Source: Gemmobacter nectariphilus
GTDB taxonomy: Bacteria; Pseudomonadota; Alphaproteobacteria; Rhodobacterales; Rhodobacteraceae
Length of the DNA stretch: 64,000 nt
Assembly: GCA_020721445.1 (NCBI GenBank)
Contig: DYMU01000002.1
Location: forward strand, 138,085-202,084
Direction of reading: 5' to 3'
Shown here: positions 49,511-58,853 of the stretch, in pieces
Position numbering within the stretch: the stretch's first letter is position 1
Layout: each line of letters opens with the position of its first letter
The notes under the pieces: generated by a model
The model's input: only the letters and a program-made list of their open reading frames with translations
What the model was told of the DNA's origin: nothing
Database searches by the model: none
Made by a program: the position numbers and the translations under genes

Positions 49511-49614
49511 CGGGGGGCGCTGCCCCCGTCGCTTGCGCGACTCCCCCGGAGTATTTGCCAAGCAGCAAATCCAAGAGGTGCGAAGGACGGGAATTGCTGC
49601 TTTGAAAATACTCC
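49511..49614. repeat. REP-like intergenic element (copy A): G/C hairpin + CCCCCGGAGTATTT motif embedded in a 21-nt-arm inverted repeat
   Basis: cgggggg-cgct-gcccccg at 49511-49528. Left arm GGAGTATTTGCCAAGCAGCAA (49548-49568) pairs with TTGCTGCTTTGAAAATACTCC (49594-49614), 19 of 21 positions, with a 25-nt loop. Confidence 0.6.
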
Positions 49615-49635
49615 CGCCGGAGGCTTCGACCGAGG

Positions 49636-50895
49636 TCAGGCGCGGGCGGTCAGCCGGGTGGCGCTGTGTCCGCTGATCTGGGCGATCAGGATCTGGCCTT
49701 CGGGCTGGTCGGTCGGGAAATCGACTTCGGTGAATTGCTCGGTCCGGCCCATGCGCGGGCCTTCCAGCAAGACGCGGTGCATGAGGCCCTTCTGCGCGGC
49801 AAGGTGGCGGGTCAGGGCTGCGGTGCCCTTGGCGCGCAGGCGGGCGGCGCGGGACTTGATCTCGGGGCCGGACAGTTGCGGCATCCGGGCGGCGGGGGTG
49901 CCGTTGCGCGGACTGAACGGGAAGACGTGCAGGAACGTCAACCCGCAATCATCAACCAGCCGCAGGCTGTTTTCGAACATAAGTTCGGTTTCTGTCGGGA
50001 ACCCGGCGATGATGTCTGCCCCAAACACCATGTCGGGGCGCAGGCGGCGCGTCTCTTGGCAAAAGCGGATGGCATCGTCGCGCAGGTGGCGGCGTTTCAT
50101 CCGTTTCAGGATCAGATCATCGCCTGCTTGCAGCGACAGGTGCAGATGCGGCATCAGCCGGGGTTCGGTGGCGATGGCCTTCATCAGATTGTCATCGGCC
50201 TCGATCGAGTCGATGGAGCTGATCCGCAGCCGCGGAAGATCGGGGACCAGCCGCAGGATCCGCATCACCAGATCGCCAAGCCGGGGTTCGCCCGGAAGGT
50301 CTGCGCCCCAGGAGGTAAGGTCGACGCCGGTCAGCACCACCTCGTTGAAGCCGCTGTCGACAAGCCTTTTGATCTGGTCGATCACCACGCCCGCCGGGAC
50401 CGAGCGGGAATTGCCGCGGCCGAAGGGGATGATGCAGAAGGTGCAGCGATGATCGCAGCCGTTTTGCACCTGCACATAGGCGCGGTGGCGACCAAAGCCG
50501 TCGATCAGGTGACCTGCGGTTTCGCGCACCGACATGATGTCATCGACCTGCACGCGTTCGGTCTGGCCGATGAAATCGGGGCCTGCAAGAGCCGCCCACG
50601 TGGCGGGCTGCATCTTTTCGTGGTTGCCGATCACGCGGGTGACTTCGGGCATGGTGGCAAAGGTCTGGGGTTCGGTCTGGGCGGCGCAGCCGGTCACGAT
50701 CACCGGCGCACCCGGGTTTTCGCGCGCAAGACGGCGGATTTCCTGTTTGGCCTTGCGCACCGCCTCGGCGGTGACGGCGCAGGTGTTGACGACCACCGCG
50801 CCTTGCAGGCCGGTAGCCTGGGCCAGTTCCTTCATCGCCTCGGATTCGTAGGCGTTCAGGCGGCAGCCAAGCGTGGCGAAAACCGGCGCTGTCAT
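49636..50895 (-). CDS. mtaB: tRNA (t6A37) methylthiotransferase MtaB (MiaB-like radical SAM)
   Basis: Start set at ATG 50895 ([21 protein letters not shown]). Radical-SAM [11 protein letters not shown]; 419 aa. ATGA overlap with the dapF stop. Confidence 0.88.
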   Translation of the reverse strand: MTAPVFATLGCRLNAYESEAMKELAQATGLQGAVVVNTCAVTAEAVRKAKQEIRRLARENPGAPVIVTGCAAQTEPQTFATMPEVTRVIGNHEKMQPATWAALAGPDFIGQTERVQVDDIMSVRETAGHLIDGFGRHRAYVQVQNGCDHRCTFCIIPFGRGNSRSVPAGVVIDQIKRLVDSGFNEVVLTGVDLTSWGADLPGEPRLGDLVMRILRLVPDLPRLRISSIDSIEADDNLMKAIATEPRLMPHLHLSLQAGDDLILKRMKRRHLRDDAIRFCQETRRLRPDMVFGADIIAGFPTETELMFENSLRLVDDCGLTFLHVFPFSPRNGTPAARMPQLSGPEIKSRAARLRAKGTAALTRHLAAQKGLMHRVLLEGPRMGRTEQFTEVDFPTDQPEGQILIAQISGHSATRLTARA

Positions 50896-51734
50896 GCGTG
50901 GGCGGCCAGAAACGCCGGTGACAGCACGCCCTCGAAGACATAGGCCACCGGGCCGGTCATCCAGACGCCATCTTCGCGCCAATCGACCTCGAGCACACCG
51001 CCGTCTACATCCAGCGTCACCTGCCGCCCGGTCAGCCCGCGCAGATGGGCCGCAACAGCCGTGGCACAGGCCCCCGACCCGCACGCCAGCGTGATACCTG
51101 CGCCGCGTTCCCACACCCGCATGCGCAGGCGGTCGGGGGCAGTCAGGCTGGCAAATTCAACATTGCTGCGCTGGGGAAACAGCGGGTCGTGTTCATAGCG
51201 CGGGCCAAGGGCGGGCAGGTCAACCGCCTCGGCATCGGCCACGAACAGCACGCAATGCGGGTTGCCCATGCCAACCGCCACCGGGTCGCCCGGCAAGGGC
51301 AGGTGCATCAGGTCGACATCGCGGGCCAGCGGCACCTGATCCCAGATCCGTTGCGGCGGACCCATGTTCACCGAAACCCGGCCATCGGCCAGGCGCACCG
51401 CCGACAGGGTGCCGCGTGCGGTGATCAGCGACACCGCCTTCAGCCCAAGGTCACGCATCATGTAATCTGACACGCAGCGGGTGGCATTGCCGCAGGCCCC
51501 GGCGCGCGTGCCGTCGTTGTTCCAGAAATCCAGCGAGAAATCGGCGCCATGCTGTCCGTCACCGATCTCGGCCAACTGGTCAAAACCGACACCCCGATGC
51601 CGGTCGCCAAAGGCGCGCGCAAGGGCAGGGGTCGTCACCGCCCCGCGCCCGCGCGAGTCGATCACGACGAAGTCATTTCCTGCGCCATGCATTTTCAGAA
51701 AACGCAGGCCATCACGTTGGGTTTGTGTGTCCAT
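50892..51734 (-). CDS. dapF: diaminopimelate epimerase
   Basis: Start set at ATG 51734 ([26 protein letters not shown]). Active-site GNATRC and ACGSGACA. Confidence 0.92.
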   Translation of the reverse strand: MDTQTQRDGLRFLKMHGAGNDFVVIDSRGRGAVTTPALARAFGDRHRGVGFDQLAEIGDGQHGADFSLDFWNNDGTRAGACGNATRCVSDYMMRDLGLKAVSLITARGTLSAVRLADGRVSVNMGPPQRIWDQVPLARDVDLMHLPLPGDPVAVGMGNPHCVLFVADAEAVDLPALGPRYEHDPLFPQRSNVEFASLTAPDRLRMRVWERGAGITLACGSGACATAVAAHLRGLTGRQVTLDVDGGVLEVDWREDGVWMTGPVAYVFEGVLSPAFLAAHA

Positions 51735-51832
51735 GGGCGGTGCTATACGCGTGATCCGGCAGATTTGCCAGAGGGGGGCATTTTTAGGCCTTGACCCCAC
51801 CGGCAGCTAACCGTAATCAGCGCCCCAGTCGT

Positions 51833-51908
51833 GGGCCGGTAGCTCAGTTGGTAGAGCAGCTGACTTTTAATCAGCGGGTCACAGGTTCGAATCCCGTCCG
51901 GCTCACCA
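51833..51908 (+). tRNA. tRNA-Lys (anticodon UUU)
   Basis: Folded by hand: acceptor gggccgg/ccggctc, D-arm gctc-agttggta-gagc, anticodon stem gctga/tcagc with loop CTTTTAA, T-arm acagg-ttcgaat-cccgt (imperfect, hand-read), encoded CCA. Confidence 0.92.
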
Positions 51909-51914
51909 CTTCTC

Positions 51915-51950
51915 AAAAGACCCGGGCCATTGGCTCGGGTCTTTGTGGTT
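51915..51950. terminator. bidirectional hairpin terminator between tRNA-Lys and the convergent polyamine operon
   Basis: aaaa-gacccgggcc-att-ggctcgggtc-tttgtggtttt: a 10-bp stem with one mismatch. A/T tracts on both sides. Confidence 0.55.
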
Positions 51951-51979
51951 TTGCGCATGGCTTGCCAGACTATCGGGGC

Positions 51980-53215
51980 CTAGAATCGCAGAGCGCGGTC
52001 GCCGGATGTGTCCTTGATCCGCGTGGGCAGGCCCATGCCGTTCAGCAGGTTGATAAAGGGCTTGGGGTCAAGGTCTTCGACATTTGCCATCGTGCCCGTA
52101 TCCCAAGTGCCTTCGGCAATCAGCAAGGCTGCGGCCACGGGCGGCACGCCGGCGGTATAGCTGATGCCCTGACTGCCGACTTCGTCGTAAGCGTCCTTGT
52201 GGTCGGCGACATTGTAGATCAGCACCTCGACCGGCTTGCCATCCTTGATGCCTTTGACAAAATCACCGATGCAGGTCTTGCCGGTATAGGTGGCGGCCAG
52301 GCTGGCCGGGTCGGGCAGCACCGCCTTGACCAGTTTCAGTGGCACAACCTCTTGGCCTTCGGCGGTTTTCACCGGCTGTTCCGACAGCAGGCCCAGATTT
52401 TTCAGCACGGTGAAGACGTTGATGTAATGGTCGCCAAAGCCCATCCAGAACCGCACATCGGCCTTTGCATAGCGCGCCGACAGGGAATGCACCTCATCAT
52501 GCCCGGTCAGATAGGCTTTCTGTTCGCCCACAACCGGCATGTCCCAGGTCTTGCCCACCTCGAACATGCTGTTCGACTGCCAGGCACCGTTCTGCCAGGA
52601 AAAGACCGTGCCGGTGAACTCGCGGAAGTTGATTTCAGGGTCAAAGTTGGTGGCGAACCAGCGCCCATGCGACCCGGCATTGATATCGACGATGTCGATC
52701 GAGGTGATGGTGTCCATCATGCCTTCGGCCACGCGGGCATAGGCATTCACCACGCCCGGATCAAAGCCGACGCCAAGGATCGCGGTCACACCTGCCGCGC
52801 GGCAAGCCTCGCGCCGTTTCCATTCATAGTTGCCATACCACGGCGGGGTTTCACAAACCTTCTCGGGGTCTTCGTGAATGGCAGTGTCCATATAGGCCAC
52901 GCCCGCCTGAATGCAGGCATCCAGCACCGGCATGTTCACAAAGGCCGACCCGACGTTGATCACGATCTGGCAGCCCGTCGCCTTGATCAGTGCTACCACG
53001 GCGGCGGTGTCCATCGCATTCAGCGTATGGGCCTGAAACACCCCCGGCACCTTCATGGCAGCCTTGGCATGCACCCCGGCGATAATCGCCTCGGCCTTGG
53101 CCAGGGTGCGGCTGGCGATGTGCAAATCGCCCAGGCGGTCATTGTGCTGGGCCGCCTTGTGGGCGACCACTTGGGCCACGCCACCGGCGCCGATGATCAG
53201 GACATTCCGTTTCAC
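51980..53215 (-). CDS. carboxynorspermidine (carboxyspermidine) dehydrogenase, saccharopine dehydrogenase family
   Basis: 411 aa; VLIIGAGGVAQVVAHK Rossmann N-terminus, ...GFDPGVVNAY..., and a length typical of CANSDH. Adjacent to nspC. Confidence 0.85.
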   Translation of the reverse strand: MKRNVLIIGAGGVAQVVAHKAAQHNDRLGDLHIASRTLAKAEAIIAGVHAKAAMKVPGVFQAHTLNAMDTAAVVALIKATGCQIVINVGSAFVNMPVLDACIQAGVAYMDTAIHEDPEKVCETPPWYGNYEWKRREACRAAGVTAILGVGFDPGVVNAYARVAEGMMDTITSIDIVDINAGSHGRWFATNFDPEINFREFTGTVFSWQNGAWQSNSMFEVGKTWDMPVVGEQKAYLTGHDEVHSLSARYAKADVRFWMGFGDHYINVFTVLKNLGLLSEQPVKTAEGQEVVPLKLVKAVLPDPASLAATYTGKTCIGDFVKGIKDGKPVEVLIYNVADHKDAYDEVGSQGISYTAGVPPVAAALLIAEGTWDTGTMANVEDLDPKPFINLLNGMGLPTRIKDTSGDRALRF

Positions 53216-53272
53216 TTCGAACCGTCTCCTTCAAGGATTGGCATCAGAATGGGGGGAAGGTCGCAACCGGCC

Positions 53273-54367
53273 TTAGCCAAGGTTGCCTTCAAAATCGGCA
53301 TAGCCGAACTCGCGCAGGGCGGTCATCGACCCGTCCAACTCCTTGATGACGATGCTTGGCATCTTCACCCCGTTGAACCAATTCTTCTTGACCATCGTAT
53401 AGCCCGCCGCATCTGCGATGCTGATCCGGTCCCCCACCTGCAAGGGCGCGGGGAAATTGAACTCTCCGAACACATCGCCTGCCAGACAGGACTTGCCGCA
53501 GATCGTGAACGGGTGGTCGCCGTCGGTTTCAATCCTGCCCGACAGGCGATAGATCAAGAGATCAAGCATATGTGCCTCGACGCTTGCATCGACCACTGCC
53601 AGATCCTTGCCGTTGTTCAGCACGTCCAGCACCGTGACCTCCAGCGTGGCCGCGTTGGTGATCGCCGCCTCGCCGGGTTCAAGATAGACCTGCACCCCGA
53701 AGCGGTCGGAAAACGCCTTCAACCTCGCCGCCAGCCTGTCCACCGGGTAGCCCTCTCCGGTAAAGTGGATGCCGCCGCCAAGGCTGACCCAGGTCAAGCG
53801 ATGCAACAACGCCCCAAACTCATCCTCGATCCGGGTCAGTTGCTGGTCGAACAGATCGAAATCGGCGTTTTCGCAGTTGTAATGGATCATGAAGCCGGAA
53901 ATCCGGTCCATCACCCGCTCGATCCTGCTCGCATCCCATTCGCCCAGACGGCTGAACGGGCGGGCCGGGTCGGCCAGATCGAACCCGCTGGTCGAAAACC
54001 GCGGGTTCAGCCGCAACCCGCGCGCGATGCTGGCGGACTGATTGTCGAACCGTTCAAGCTGGCCGATGGAATTGAAGATGATCTTGTCGGCGCATTCCAC
54101 CGCCTCGGCGATTTCGTGGTCCGCCCAAGCCACCGAATAGGCGTGGGTCTCGCCGCCGAACCGCGTGCGCCCCAGCTTCAGCTCATACAGGCTGGACGAG
54201 GTGGTGCCGTCCATATGCTGCCGCATCTGATCAAACACGCCCCAGGTGGCAAAGCACTTCAGCGCCAGCAGCACCTTGGCACCAGAGGCCTGCCGCAGCG
54301 CATCCATGATGGCCATGTTGCGCGCCAGCTTGGCACGGTCGATCAGGTAATAGGGTGTCTGGATCAT
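53273..54367 (-). CDS. nspC: carboxynorspermidine decarboxylase
   Basis: Start set at ATG 54367 (MIQTPYYLIDRAKLARNM...). ...LLALKCFATWGVFD... (PLP Lys context); 364 aa. Confidence 0.88.
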   Translation of the reverse strand: MIQTPYYLIDRAKLARNMAIMDALRQASGAKVLLALKCFATWGVFDQMRQHMDGTTSSSLYELKLGRTRFGGETHAYSVAWADHEIAEAVECADKIIFNSIGQLERFDNQSASIARGLRLNPRFSTSGFDLADPARPFSRLGEWDASRIERVMDRISGFMIHYNCENADFDLFDQQLTRIEDEFGALLHRLTWVSLGGGIHFTGEGYPVDRLAARLKAFSDRFGVQVYLEPGEAAITNAATLEVTVLDVLNNGKDLAVVDASVEAHMLDLLIYRLSGRIETDGDHPFTICGKSCLAGDVFGEFNFPAPLQVGDRISIADAAGYTMVKKNWFNGVKMPSIVIKELDGSMTALREFGYADFEGNLG

Positions 54368-54459
54368 CGCATCCCCCCCAAGGGCAGCAGAAGGAAACAA
54401 GGGGCGCTATCTATGACCCCCTTTCCCCCTATGCAAGCCCTGTGTCGGGCGGATGACAG

Positions 54460-55212
54460 TCAGACCATGCGGATCACGTCCTTGCCAACCGCCAGAACAT
54501 AGCCGCGACGGGCGATGGTCTTGACCAGCAATTCGCTGACCAACTGGTTGCCCAGCGTGTCGCGCAGGCGCTTGATGCGGGTGGCCCCGGCGGCTTCGTC
54601 GCAATCCACTTCGTTGCGGCCGGAAATCACCGCCTCGATCTGCGCGCCGGTCAGAACCTCGTCATCCATCCGCGCCTCGGCCAGCACCGACAGCGTTTCA
54701 AGCGCCGCTTCGGTCAGCGCAAATTCCAGATCGTTAATATAGACGGCGCGGCCTTCGCGGCTGATCATCAGGCTGGCCACCTGAATGCCCGACCGCTGAA
54801 TGGCAGAAATCCGGCGGTTCAGGGCGATGATCATCACCAGAAACACCAGTGCCGCAATCAGCAGCGCGCTGGAAAACACCAGCAGCACAAAAATCACCAT
54901 CCGATAGCTTTGCAGCACCTCGGAAAACGATGTGCCCGATTGCGCCAGAATTTCCAGCAGCTTGATCTCGGCCCCGGTGGTCAGGTTGTCGTTTTCCACG
55001 AACAACCGTTCTACCCGCGCGTTGAACGCGTTGGCGTCGGGCAGGTTCAGAAACAAGAAAAGCGCCGCGCCGAACAGGATCAGCACGATCGCGGCAATGC
55101 CAAAGCTGACAACGCGGTTGCCCGCCTTCAGGCTGTCAGAAACGGAGGAAAAACGCGCCTGCACTGGCTTGCCTTTCGCCAAGGCCCTCGGGGCCGAAAG
55201 TGGACAATACAT
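54460..55212 (-). CDS. membrane-anchored transcriptional regulator: two TM helices followed by a C-terminal OmpR/CadC-type winged-helix domain, with no receiver domain
   Basis: TM1 VVSFGIAAIVLILFGAALFLFL, a roughly 48-aa loop, TM2 MVIFVLLVFSSALLIAALVFLVMIIAL. Then LTEAALETLSVL...TRIKRLRDTLG...VKTIARRGYVLA, matching the Trans_reg_C pattern. Start uncertain: ATG 55212 or GTG 55164. Confidence 0.7.
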   Translation of the reverse strand: MYCPLSAPRALAKGKPVQARFSSVSDSLKAGNRVVSFGIAAIVLILFGAALFLFLNLPDANAFNARVERLFVENDNLTTGAEIKLLEILAQSGTSFSEVLQSYRMVIFVLLVFSSALLIAALVFLVMIIALNRRISAIQRSGIQVASLMISREGRAVYINDLEFALTEAALETLSVLAEARMDDEVLTGAQIEAVISGRNEVDCDEAAGATRIKRLRDTLGNQLVSELLVKTIARRGYVLAVGKDVIRMV

Positions 55213-55426
55213 TCAACAGCGTCCACCCGGCCGCGGCCAGCCGAGGGGCAAGCTCGCCCCGGGCCGCGGCGGGCGAACAGTTGCCGTCGTTGACTTGCGC
55301 CACACCGTAGTGCAGACGCAAGGGGGCATCCTGCTTGGCCTTGTAATCTGCGTAGCATTCCGCCGAGGCGGGGCCTGCCAGTGCCAACGCCAATGCAAGG
55401 GCGAAGGACAGGGATAAGGCTTTCAT
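55136..55426 (-). CDS. small secreted two-cysteine protein (96 aa precursor)
   Basis: Start set at ATG 55426. Signal peptide MKALSLSFALALALALAGPASA, then ECYADYKAKQDAPLRLHYGVAQVNDGNCSP...FFLRF. The 3' end overlaps the start of the downstream regulator gene by 29-77 nt. Confidence 0.65.
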   Translation of the reverse strand: MKALSLSFALALALALAGPASAECYADYKAKQDAPLRLHYGVAQVNDGNCSPAAARGELAPRLAAAGWTLLNVLSTFGPEGLGERQASAGAFFLRF

Positions 55427-55492
55427 GGGGTGCTCCTGCATTAGGGCGGCTGCGTCAGGCACAAGCTGTGCGCGGGAATGGCGCGCTATTCA

Positions 55493-55522
55493 ATAACAAC
55501 CGTGCCTTCGGTCGGATGTTAT
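55493..55522. promoter_or_regulatory. AT-rich inverted repeat in a divergent promoter region (candidate operator)
   Basis: ATAACAACCG-N10-CGGATGTTAT, 9 of 10 positions complementary. It sits between the divergent starts at 55426 (-) and 55658 (+). Confidence 0.3.
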
Positions 55523-55657
55523 CGCCTAGCAAGGCCGCGATATTGCCTGTCTGGGCCGCCGGGCAGCAAGGTTTGGACATCGACACCCGGCGCCATCGTC
55601 GGCCACCGCAAACCGCAAACCCCACCCGTTCCCCTCATCCGTTTCAAGGAGGCCCCC

Positions 55658-56227
55658 ATGTTCCACCGCTCCGCCCGCATCGCTCCGACTTTGCCCCGCG
55701 AGACCGCCCATCCGCTGCGCCGGGCTGCGGCGGTGATGACCGCTGCCGTCACGGCCCTTGCGCTGATGACGGCCACTGCCCTGCCCGCCCATGCCGACCG
55801 GGCCAGCGACAATCTGGCCAAGGCCTTGGTTGCGGCCCTTGCCATCGGCGCCATCGTCAATTCGGTGGACAAGGGCCGCGCCCATGCTGCCCCGCGCCCC
55901 GCGCCACTGCCGCATCGACCGCAACAGATGCGCAGCCCGCGTGTGCCATCGGTCTGCGCCATCGAGATTTCGGGCGCGCGCCGCGACGTGACGGTCTACC
56001 CCGAGCGCTGCCTGCGCCGCGAAGGCTTTGACGCCCGCCTGCCGCGCCAGTGCGCGCATGAGGCCCGGGTCTTTGGCCGCACCGACCGGGTCTATGGTGA
56101 AGACTGCCTGCGGGACGCCGGGTTCCGCGTCGGAGGTCGCGACCGTTACCAAGAGCCGGGCCGTGGCCGCATCGGCGACCGCGATGACGGCCGCTGGGAT
56201 CAAGGGCGGGGTCGTTTCGACCGCTAG
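55658..56227 (+). CDS. secreted/anchored hypothetical protein with a duplicated Cys motif and an RG/D-rich tail
   Basis: Start set at ATG 55658, with a strong AAGGAGG 6 nt upstream. Hydrophobic AAAVMTAAVTALALMTATALPAHA. Two copies of C-x17-18-C-LR-x2-GF. The tail is GGRDRYQEPGRGRIGDRDDGRWDQGRGRFDR. Confidence 0.65.
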   Translation: MFHRSARIAPTLPRETAHPLRRAAAVMTAAVTALALMTATALPAHADRASDNLAKALVAALAIGAIVNSVDKGRAHAAPRPAPLPHRPQQMRSPRVPSVCAIEISGARRDVTVYPERCLRREGFDARLPRQCAHEARVFGRTDRVYGEDCLRDAGFRVGGRDRYQEPGRGRIGDRDDGRWDQGRGRFDR

Positions 56228-56273
56228 GCACCCCGCCCCCGGGTGCGGCGAATCCCCCGATCGCACCCCAACT

Positions 56274-56311
56274 GAGGGGGGAAGGCAAAGCAGCGTTCCC
56301 CCCTCTTTCTT
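56274..56311 (+). terminator. putative intrinsic terminator after the 55658..56227 gene
   Basis: GAGGGGGGAA (56274-56283) / TTCCCCCCTC (56296-56305), followed by TTTCTT. Confidence 0.5.
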
Positions 56312-56374
56312 GTCCGCCCCTCGATTTCTTGCCCCCCGTCTTCTTCTTGCCGTCCCGACGCGCTAGACAAATCC

Positions 56375-57007
56375 ATGTTCAAACCCAAAGCCGATTTCAG
56401 CCATGAAGCCGCCGCCCTTGCCCAGGGCGCGGCTTTCGTCGTGGGGGTTGATGAGGTCGGGCGCGGCCCGCTCTGTGGCCCGGTGACCGCCGCCGCCGTC
56501 CGGCTGGATCCGATGCGCATTCCTGCGGGTCTGGCCGATTCCAAAACCCTGTCAGCCTTGAAGCGCGAAGTGCTTTTTGCACAATTGCAAAAGGTGGCGC
56601 AGATCAGCATTGCCCATGCATCGGTCGAAGAGATCGACAGCCTGAACATCCTGCGCGCCAGCCATCTGGCGATGGAACGCGCCGTGGCCGCCTTGGGGGC
56701 CGATTTCGCCTTGATCGACGGCAATCTGATCCCGCGCAACCTGCCCTGCCGGAGCCTTGCAATCGTGAAGGGTGATGCCAGATCGCTGTCCATCGCGGCG
56801 GCTTCTATTTGCGCAAAAGTCACACGAGACCGGATCATGGTGGATTTGGCGCAACAATACCCCGGCTACGGCTGGGAGGTGAACGCAGGTTATCCGACAA
56901 AGGCCCATCTGGCCGCTCTGCTAAATCTTGGGGCGACCCCCGTTCATAGACGTTCGTTCAAACCTGTCCACAACATATTGTATCAAGAGAAATCCGTAAC
57001 CCCTTGA
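56375..57007 (+). CDS. rnhB: ribonuclease HII
   Basis: 210 aa; [22 protein letters not shown] and IDGN... blocks of RNase HII. Confidence 0.93.
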   Translation: MFKPKADFSHEAAALAQGAAFVVGVDEVGRGPLCGPVTAAAVRLDPMRIPAGLADSKTLSALKREVLFAQLQKVAQISIAHASVEEIDSLNILRASHLAMERAVAALGADFALIDGNLIPRNLPCRSLAIVKGDARSLSIAAASICAKVTRDRIMVDLAQQYPGYGWEVNAGYPTKAHLAALLNLGATPVHRRSFKPVHNILYQEKSVTP

Positions 57008-57048
57008 TTCAATAAACAATTTGACGATGATTCGTGCCTGCCCCATTC

Positions 57049-57057
57049 TTATCCACA
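57049..57057 (+). promoter_or_regulatory. perfect consensus DnaA box TTATCCACA, 41 nt upstream of the ccrM start
   Basis: Read directly (cattcTTATCCACAagatc). It is the only perfect 9-mer I found in the window. Confidence 0.4.
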
Positions 57058-57076
57058 AGATCGGCACACCACATGA

Positions 57077-58219
<1,143 letters not shown>

Positions 58220-58319
58220 CGGCGGGTTCGCCCCGCCCTATCGCCTTTCGGCGGGCTGATCCCCGTCACCCCTTTCCCCAGCGTTACGCCTGCACCGCAG
58301 TCCGCCTGCGGTGCCACTT

Positions 58320-58350
58320 GCCCCGCCATGTCCGCATGGCGGGGCCTTTT
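58320..58350 (+). terminator. intrinsic terminator of ccrM (preceded by a second hairpin at 58292-58314)
   Basis: gccccgccatg-tccg-catggcggggc followed by CTTTT. The upstream hairpin is gcaccgcag-tccgc-ctgcggtgc. Confidence 0.65.
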
Positions 58351-58515
58351 CACGCGTATCGGGCAAGGATGCGGCAATTTGCATAATCCCTGAGGCATCT
58401 TTTCGTTCAGGTCGGCGTTTCACCCGCGCGCATCCGGTGCTACCAGCGTGGCCTCGGTCGTTCTGCCTTGCCTTGTCAGTTCCGCGCCGAATGTTCAAAG
58501 CCCGGAGTGGACCCC

Positions 58516-58851
58516 ATGACAGACCAACGCAGCCCGGATATCACCACCCCGCGCCTGTTCACGCTGTTTCGCATGGTGGCGCTGGTGGAAGGTGTCACGA
58601 CCCTGCTGCTGTTTCTGGTCGCCATGCCGATCAAGTACATTCTTGGCGATCCGTCCTGGGTTTCGGTCACCGGCACGCTGCATGGCTATGCTTGGGTGGC
58701 CTACATGGGGTTGATGGCCGTTGCCCTGCGCCGGCCGGGGTGGGGGCCGCGCGACTGGTGGCGCGGCACCTTGGCCGCCCTGTTTCCGTTTGGCACCTTT
58801 CTCAACGACGCCTATCTGCGCCGCCGCGGGCGCGAGGTTCTGGCGGCCTGA
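58516..58851 (+). CDS. DUF3817-like small membrane protein
   Basis: Start set at ATG 58516; 111 aa. LFRMVALVEGVTTLLLFLVAMPIKY...HGYAWVAY...FPFGTF pattern, as I recall for DUF3817. Confidence 0.7.
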   Translation: MTDQRSPDITTPRLFTLFRMVALVEGVTTLLLFLVAMPIKYILGDPSWVSVTGTLHGYAWVAYMGLMAVALRRPGWGPRDWWRGTLAALFPFGTFLNDAYLRRRGREVLAA

Positions 58852-58853
58852 CG

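Noticed and set aside
51791-54502. A 903-aa plus-strand ORF.
   Set aside because: It runs straight through tRNA-Lys and is antisense to the carboxynorspermidine dehydrogenase and decarboxylase genes, both of which have strong family signatures. It is an artefact.
51908-56262. A genomic island integrated at tRNA-Lys, delimited by a partial repeat of the tRNA 3' end (cgaatccc at about 56249).
   Set aside because: Only 8 nt match, and about one such match per strand is expected by chance in 64 kb. There is no integrase or mobility gene, and the GC content and codon usage look native.
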